Shown here piece after piece: positions 15,134 through 20,000 of a stretch of 20,000 nucleotides of DNA (position 1 is its first letter; every line of letters begins with the position of its first letter). This stretch comes from an uncultured virus (IMG/VR IMGVR_UViG_3300010885_009424). Its lineage: Duplodnaviria > Heunggongvirae > Uroviricota > Caudoviricetes. The translations under genes were made by a program, and so were the position numbers. The stretch is taken from IMG/VR virus record IMGVR_UViG_3300010885_009424; one strand, 5' to 3'. The notes under the pieces are model-generated. The model was not told where the DNA came from. It saw only the letters and a program-made list of their open reading frames with translations, and ran no database searches.

Positions 15134-16137
15134 CAGTATGACACCTGCGCCGATCCGATCATTGCCTCATCCGACCTGTACATGGCTTGGGCGAGGGACT
15201 TCATGTCATACTTCGGCTTCCATCCGAGGACTTGCCTCGCCTTCATGGAGTCGCCGAGGAGATACGGGACTTCATTGGGTCGGTAGAGGCGAATGTCGAT
15301 CTTCACATAGTCTTGCCAATCCCCGAGACCCGAGTAGGAGAACACCTCTGCAAGGAACTCCCTGACGGTGAATGTCTCGCCTGTAGCGACGATGTAGTCG
15401 TCGGGATCGGTCATCTGAAGCATGAGCCACATCGCCTCGACATAGTCCTGTGCGTGTCCCCAGTCACGCTTCGCATCAAGGTTGCCAAGGCGGAGTTCCT
15501 TCTGCAACCCATGCCTGATCCGTGCCGCCGCCATGGTGATCTTGCGGGTGACGAAGGTTTCACCACGGCGGGGACTCTCGTGGTTGAAGAGGATGCCGCA
15601 CGAGGCATGGATCCCGTATGCCTTGCGGTAGCATTGGGTCATGTGGTGGGCGTACACCTTCGCCACGGCGTAGGGAGACACGGGCTTGAGCGGGGAGGAT
15701 TCGGTGAAGCCCGTGATCGCCTCAGGGAGGGAATCGCCGAACATCTCCGACGAGGACGCTTGGTAAAACTTGCAGTTCGTGTCCCGACTTCGGTTCAGTT
15801 CCATGATGGCGTTGAGGAGGTTCAGGGTGCCACGGCAGATGCCGTCCGAGGTGTACTCGGGCAACTCGAACGAAACGGCGACATGGCTCTGCGCTGCGAG
15901 ATTGTACACCTCGTCGGGGACAAACTCATCGACGATCCGATGTGTGGATGCCGAATCGTGCAGGTCGTAGTAGCGGAGGGTGAAGTTCTCGTTGGAGAGG
16001 AGGTGGTCGATCCGACCCGTGTTGATGGTGGATGTCCTCCGCTTCAGTCCCACGACCCTGTAGCCCTTGGCGAGGAGGAGTTCGGAGAGATAGGAGCCGT
16101 CCTGACCGTTCACGCCCGTGATGATCGCTGTCTTCAT
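15133..16137 (-). CDS. gmd: GDP-mannose 4,6-dehydratase
   Basis: Motifs MKTAIITGVNGQDGSYL, YNLAAQSHVAVSF, FYQASSSEMFG, SPYAVAK, GILFNHESPRRGETFVTRKI and LGNLDAKRDWGHA. The start is revised to 16137 (334 aa). Confidence 0.98.
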   Translation of the reverse strand: MKTAIITGVNGQDGSYLSELLLAKGYRVVGLKRRTSTINTGRIDHLLSNENFTLRYYDLHDSASTHRIVDEFVPDEVYNLAAQSHVAVSFELPEYTSDGICRGTLNLLNAIMELNRSRDTNCKFYQASSSEMFGDSLPEAITGFTESSPLKPVSPYAVAKVYAHHMTQCYRKAYGIHASCGILFNHESPRRGETFVTRKITMAAARIRHGLQKELRLGNLDAKRDWGHAQDYVEAMWLMLQMTDPDDYIVATGETFTVREFLAEVFSYSGLGDWQDYVKIDIRLYRPNEVPYLLGDSMKARQVLGWKPKYDMKSLAQAMYRSDEAMIGSAQVSY

Positions 16138-16141
16138 GTTG

Positions 16142-17050
16142 TCACTTCCTGATGGACTCGTAGTTTTCTTGGACGAACTTGCAGGTCTCGTTGATCCCCT
16201 GCTCGAAGGGGGTGAACCTGAAGTTCGGATAGTACTGATTGAACAGCCCCGTTCGGGTCGGTTTCCGCAGGATCCCCTCGGGCTTGTCTGTTTCCCAAAC
16301 AACTTCACCATCGAAGTCCATCGCCTTGCGGATGTGATCGACCGTGTCCTTGATCGTGTGTGACTCGGAGGGAGAGACGATCATGGTGGGAGGAATGCCT
16401 GAACGCTCGTCCGTGTGGATTCGCCATATTGCTCGGGCGATGTCGGGGGCGTACATGAACTCCCTCTCACATATACCCGTGCCCCACACACGAAGTGGAG
16501 TGCCGTCACGCTTGGCGAGATAGCACTTGTGGATCAGGCTCGGTATGACATGAGAGTCTTCGAGGTGGTAGTTGTCGTGCTTGCCGAAGATGTTGCAGGG
16601 GATGACGCACTTCGCCGCTACCGTCTTGGTGCGCAAAGCCCTTGCACCCACCTCAAGCATTCTCTTGGCGTAGGCGTAGCCGTAGTTCGTCGGGTGGGGT
16701 TCGCCGCTGTGGAGCATCCACTCATCGACAGGATACGCCACATTGACGGGGAACACGCAGGTCGAGAGGACGAATGTCGCTGCGAAGATGCGCATCTCGG
16801 CGCACACTCGGATGATGTTGGCGTTGATCGTGAGGTTGTCGCTGAAGAACGCCAACATATGATCGCTGTTTGCCCTGACCCCGCCGACCTTCGCCGCAAG
16901 GTGGATGATCTCCGAGATGTCGTTGTCCCCGACATATTCACGGAGTCTGTTGTAGTCCGTGAGGTCTAGTTCGGCTCGGGTCGGCTTGAACGCCTGATCC
17001 GTCATCTCCGACCCGACAAGACCTCCGCCTCCCGTGATGAGGATGCTCAT
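16142..17050 (-). CDS. fcl: GDP-L-fucose synthase (GDP-4-keto-6-deoxymannose epimerase/reductase)
   Basis: Motifs ILITGGGGLVG, IHLAAKVGG, LSTCVFP, HPTNYGYAYAKR, SHVIPSLIHK and VWGTG...REFMY. An ATGA overlap puts the start at 17050, adjacent to gmd. Confidence 0.95.
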   Translation of the reverse strand: MSILITGGGGLVGSEMTDQAFKPTRAELDLTDYNRLREYVGDNDISEIIHLAAKVGGVRANSDHMLAFFSDNLTINANIIRVCAEMRIFAATFVLSTCVFPVNVAYPVDEWMLHSGEPHPTNYGYAYAKRMLEVGARALRTKTVAAKCVIPCNIFGKHDNYHLEDSHVIPSLIHKCYLAKRDGTPLRVWGTGICEREFMYAPDIARAIWRIHTDERSGIPPTMIVSPSESHTIKDTVDHIRKAMDFDGEVVWETDKPEGILRKPTRTGLFNQYYPNFRFTPFEQGINETCKFVQENYESIRK

Positions 17051-17376
17051 GGTTTCTGTTTCATTGTCCATTCGATGATCTCACCAACCTCGTCGGGGTA
17101 GACCGACCCCTTCACCGAATCATCGCTGCTCTCGAACAGGACGAATGAACCCGAGGAGTCGATGATCGCCACCTCTGCGTTACAGGAATGCCACGAGACA
17201 CCTCCCTTGCGCCAATCATCGTATCCTGTGTTATAGTCCCGCTTGGAGGCGTAGTTGCCCTCACCGAACTGCACGGACACCGTCCATCCGTTGGAGAAGG
17301 TGATGTTGAATCCCCTGTTCCTATAACACGAGAATCCCCACGGACTCACGCTTTGCTGTATGGAAGAGTCAGTCAT
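17047..17376 (-). CDS. Phage hypothetical protein (109 aa)
   Basis: GFNITFSNGWTVSVQFGEGNY...AEVAI...PDEV is a pattern I recall from phage hypotheticals. It overlaps both neighbouring genes. Confidence 0.8.
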   Translation of the reverse strand: MTDSSIQQSVSPWGFSCYRNRGFNITFSNGWTVSVQFGEGNYASKRDYNTGYDDWRKGGVSWHSCNAEVAIIDSSGSFVLFESSDDSVKGSVYPDEVGEIIEWTMKQKP

Positions 17377-17911
17377 TGCGCCTCTTTTTGATTCCCCGCT
17401 CGGTGGCGATCTTTTTCCTGATCTCCGAGATTCGGACATGGATCGAATTCATGGTGACCCCACAGTAGTCGGCGATCTCCTGAAGGGGAACGCCGCCCGC
17501 CCTCATCTTGAGCATCTGAAGATCGATCTCCCTGAGTGTGAACTCCTTCTTGAGTTTCTCCCAATCCTCGTCGGTCGGGCGAGGAAGGGATTCCGTGTTA
17601 GGGGAGGATACGAAGATCTTCGACATCACGCCATCGTCTTCGTCGGCATTCTTCTTCTCCATGTTCGAGGAAGGGATCATCCTTCCTTCCCTGTAGACCT
17701 TCCTCGTGTAGAAGGTCTTCTGTTGGAAGAACGCCTTACTGAGCATGTACTTCGGATCCTTGCGCTTGTTCCATATGGTGAGTGCGGCATCCTGTAAAAA
17801 ATCCTCGAAGTCCTTGCCTTCGATCATCCTGTCGCCGTACCGCCGTCTCAGCCAGTTCTTGGTGAGGGTGAGGTTCCGCATGAATTCCCTCAGGTATTCT
17901 TCATCGTCCAT
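17369..17911 (-). CDS. ECF-type sigma-70 family factor (180 aa)
   Basis: Region-2-like FEDFLQDAALTIW and region-4 HTH GVPLQEIADYCGVTMNSIHVRISEIRKKI. The SD GAAGGGA precedes the ATG at 17911. Confidence 0.7.
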   Translation of the reverse strand: MDDEEYLREFMRNLTLTKNWLRRRYGDRMIEGKDFEDFLQDAALTIWNKRKDPKYMLSKAFFQQKTFYTRKVYREGRMIPSSNMEKKNADEDDGVMSKIFVSSPNTESLPRPTDEDWEKLKKEFTLREIDLQMLKMRAGGVPLQEIADYCGVTMNSIHVRISEIRKKIATERGIKKRRND

Positions 17912-17922
17912 GACGCATCCCT

Positions 17923-18132
17923 TCAGGCTTGGTTGGTCGTCTCGGTGCTTCCCTGCTTGCGAGCGACGACCTTGAGAATGGTTCGGGATGCGATGTAGAT
18001 GACGGAGAGGGCGGTGCCGCAAACGATCAGCCACTTGGCGATCTCGGCATCTCCCTTCATCCCTTCGATCAGACCGATAAGCACGGGTGCGATGCTGATC
18101 CAGAACTCGGTGGTCTTGGTTCCTTCTTTCAT
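17923..18132 (-). CDS. Small 2-TM membrane protein, holin-like (69 aa)
   Basis: Strong SD GGAGGT, an MKEGTKTTEFW N-terminus, two hydrophobic segments and a basic/polar C-terminal tail. Confidence 0.75.
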   Translation of the reverse strand: MKEGTKTTEFWISIAPVLIGLIEGMKGDAEIAKWLIVCGTALSVIYIASRTILKVVARKQGSTETTNQA

Positions 18133-18197
18133 ATGACACCTCCATGGTTTGCAGACGCAGGGCATATCGGAACGCCCTGTGGGATTACAGGACTGCC

Positions 18198-18225
18198 ATG
18201 CTAACAGGCATTATAGGACTGTCAA
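18198..18225 (-). promoter_or_regulatory. Sigma70-like promoter TTGACA-N16-TAGCAT
   Basis: The - strand reads ttgaca gtcctataatgcctgt tagcat, just downstream of a terminator and upstream of the 18132-14852 gene run. Confidence 0.6.
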
Positions 18226-18240
18226 GGAGAGTTGCCCCAA

Positions 18241-18277
18241 AAACAAAAGAAAAACTGTCCTTGCGGGGAGGACAGTT
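18241..18277 (-). terminator. Rho-independent terminator
   Basis: 9-bp inverted repeat AACTGTCCT/AGGACAGTT (18253-18277) followed on the - strand by a T-rich tract. Confidence 0.75.
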
Positions 18278-18331
18278 CTCAAGGAATCTAGCCTTTTCAG
18301 ACGGCTAGTCGGTTCGGGGAATCAGCCCCAC

Positions 18332-18577
18332 CTACATCAGCAACCTGCCGTAGACCTCCTCACCCGACTCGGTCAGGTTGTAGAGGGCGGTTCCGTTCTC
18401 GTCGAATACCGAGACCTCGATCAACTTGGCATCGGACTCGCTCGGTATGGTCGCCATGTTCTCCACCGCTGCGGCGAGGAGCGCCGTTGCGAATCGGGGG
18501 TTCGTCTCAATGAGGTACTGCGTGAACTCCATGATGTTCAGGGTGGCGGGGGTGTCTCTGTACTCGGGGTTGGACAT
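18332..18577 (-). CDS. Hypothetical acidic protein (81 aa)
   Basis: The SD GGGAGAG precedes the ATG at 18577 (MSNPEYRDTP...). Confidence 0.7.
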   Translation of the reverse strand: MSNPEYRDTPATLNIMEFTQYLIETNPRFATALLAAAVENMATIPSESDAKLIEVSVFDENGTALYNLTESGEEVYGRLLM

Positions 18578-18628
18578 GGATGCTCTCCCTTCAAACAAAA
18601 GGTAGCATTCACCCCGCAGGAAGCAAGT

Positions 18629-19744
18629 TTAGATGAGGCAGTTTGTGAATATGCTCGGTCGTTCCTCAAGACTTATCGGAGTCGGTACATCCATGTCCGA
18701 TATCCTGAGGTTGGTCTCGAATGTCACGGTCCTGACTCCATGTGCGAAGTCGCAGACGATCTCGTATCCCTCGGACATGGGAGCGACATGATGCAGGGAT
18801 TGGATCGACCCGATGGTGTTCTTTTCCTCGGGATGAGCCACGACATACGACACGCCTTCCCCCTCAAGTCCCGATCCGCTGCGGTAGGACGATGCGTTTC
18901 CTATGTTCACGACATGGATCCTGTCGCCCACGGAAGGAGGTACGCTCCCGACAACCATCATGCTGCGGTTGCGCTGCACGACCGCCCTGTCGCCTTTGCC
19001 TTTCCCTCCACGCTTGAACCGTGCCTCGACCATGCCTCCCGAATCGGCGGTGATCTCGTCGATGTGGGGAGCCTCCATGATCGCCTCGCTCGGCATGAAC
19101 CATGCCTCGGGGAACACAGCACCACCGATCCTGTAGAGTCCCTTCCCCTTGACCGCTAGGAAATGAGAGCCGTGCATGGCAGAGTTCAGGTTGCGCCAAT
19201 ACACGGCGCTCTCCACGGGAAACTTCCATGTGATCTCCTTCCCGTTCGAGGTTGCGTTCAGTTCATGCTCCACGGTCTTGAGTACGCATGACCACACCTC
19301 AGGCACGGTGTTGAACGGTATCCCCGTGGTGGCGAGTTCGGGTATGAAATCAGCATGGCGGACGATGACCTTGGCGATCCTCCGCATGATCTTCGGCGAC
19401 CGTAGGGTCTCGGCTAGGGCTGCGCAGAACAGAGGGTCACGCTCACAGGTCACCTTTCCCTTATCGGAAGAGGGAGAAACCGACCACCTAGACCCCTCTA
19501 GATTCCATGTGACGGCACCGCCCTGCGAGTTGCCTACCTTGCATTCGATGTTCACGGGCTGATTGGGGAAGTGGCTGTGGTGAACCTGTATGTCGGGCAG
19601 GTTCGATCCGTATGGAGCGGTGGTGATCCGTATCCTCTGACGCTGCCTCGGCGTGAGGCTGCGGAGGATGATGTCGGCGAGCGAACGCTGAAATTCATGT
19701 CCCCGTGTCTCGACCACGGAGGTCAATAACGAAGAACCGCTCAT
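18629..19744 (-). CDS. PD-(D/E)xK restriction-endonuclease-like protein (371 aa)
   Basis: GHEFQ...LPDIQV...NIECKV matches the E..PD..ExK catalytic arrangement. A TAAATA box lies 5 nt upstream of the ATG. Confidence 0.65.
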   Translation of the reverse strand: MSGSSLLTSVVETRGHEFQRSLADIILRSLTPRQRQRIRITTAPYGSNLPDIQVHHSHFPNQPVNIECKVGNSQGGAVTWNLEGSRWSVSPSSDKGKVTCERDPLFCAALAETLRSPKIMRRIAKVIVRHADFIPELATTGIPFNTVPEVWSCVLKTVEHELNATSNGKEITWKFPVESAVYWRNLNSAMHGSHFLAVKGKGLYRIGGAVFPEAWFMPSEAIMEAPHIDEITADSGGMVEARFKRGGKGKGDRAVVQRNRSMMVVGSVPPSVGDRIHVVNIGNASSYRSGSGLEGEGVSYVVAHPEEKNTIGSIQSLHHVAPMSEGYEIVCDFAHGVRTVTFETNLRISDMDVPTPISLEERPSIFTNCLI

Positions 19745-19749
19745 GCACC

Positions 19750-19757
19750 TATTTAGG
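19750..19757 (-). promoter_or_regulatory. Late promoter CCTAAATA directly upstream of the nuclease-like gene
   Basis: The - strand reads cccTAAATAggtgcATG. Confidence 0.7.
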
Positions 19758-19795
19758 GGGGCGCATGAGCGGCTTGGAGAAAAGCTTGTAGAGGT

Positions 19796-19999
19796 TTAGG
19801 CGTTTGAATCTTCACGCCATAGAGCGTGTCCGAAGTGAGCATCGGCGGTGCGGACATCCTGTCGTGCGGCATCTCGTTCGGCGAGTGCAGTCTTGAGTTC
19901 AGCACGAAGTCGCACAATCTCCGCTTCCATCTCGTCCGCATCATCTTGAAGCGCACGAATCGCTTCATCGGAATCGGGAAATGGTCGCTCGTCCTCATC
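19796..19999 (-). CDS. 3' end of a coiled-coil hypothetical protein (truncated by window edge)
   Basis: The frame reads DEDERPFPDSDEAIRALQDDADEMEAEIVRLRAELKTALAERDAARQDVRTADAHFGHALWREDSNA*, which is far more protein-like than the listed 19753..19998 ORF. Confidence 0.7.
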   Translation of the reverse strand, partial: DEDERPFPDSDEAIRALQDDADEMEAEIVRLRAELKTALAERDAARQDVRTADAHFGHALWREDSNA

Positions 20000-20000
20000 C

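Noticed and set aside
14641..15365. + strand ORFs 14641..15102, 14681..15040 and 14829..15365
   Set aside because: They run across hairpins and promoters and antisense to better-supported - strand features, and their composition is not protein-like.
15187..19159. Long + strand ORFs such as 15187..16152, 16415..16969 and 18149..19159
   Set aside because: They are antisense shadows of gmd, fcl and the nuclease gene, expected in GC-rich DNA with biased codon use, and have no recognisable motifs.
19753..19998. Listed 81-aa - strand ORF (MRTSDHFP...)
   Set aside because: The neighbouring frame (19999-19796) encodes a convincing coiled-coil protein, so the listed ORF is a shadow.
1..20000. Stop-codon reassignment, tRNA genes, or introns in core genes
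   Set aside because: Core genes are intact in the standard code, TAA, TAG and TGA all serve as stops, and no cloverleaf or interrupted gene was seen.

Overview
This is a GC-rich bacteriophage segment from a T4-like myovirus. The + strand (1-13428) carries the late structural block: gp18 tail sheath (3' part), gp19 tube, gp20 portal, a gp67-like protein, a modular 553-aa protein, two small proteins, gp21 protease, gp22 scaffold, gp23 major capsid, two tandem gp3-like genes, a lipoprotein/membrane protein and a 522-aa Gly/Thr-rich protein. The - strand (13551-20000) carries accessory genes, including gmd and fcl (GDP-fucose synthesis), an ECF-type sigma factor, small membrane proteins and a PD-(D/E)xK nuclease. 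The most notable observations are: (1) the 553-aa protein looks like a polyprotein of swappable modules separated by repeated, protease-site-like linkers, with one low-GC module flanked by a 52-nt direct repeat; (2) it shares a 22-aa motif with the scaffold; (3) a degenerate TAnATA late promoter occurs 11 times and appears to drive leaderless mRNAs, including an unannotated 44-aa basic peptide; (4) there is a candidate ~155-nt sRNA with its own promoter and terminator; (5) G-x-T motifs are enriched in putative virion proteins close to the fucose genes; (6) ACGT, AGCT, CCGG and CGCG are strongly avoided. All homology calls come from recognising motifs by eye, and no searches were run.
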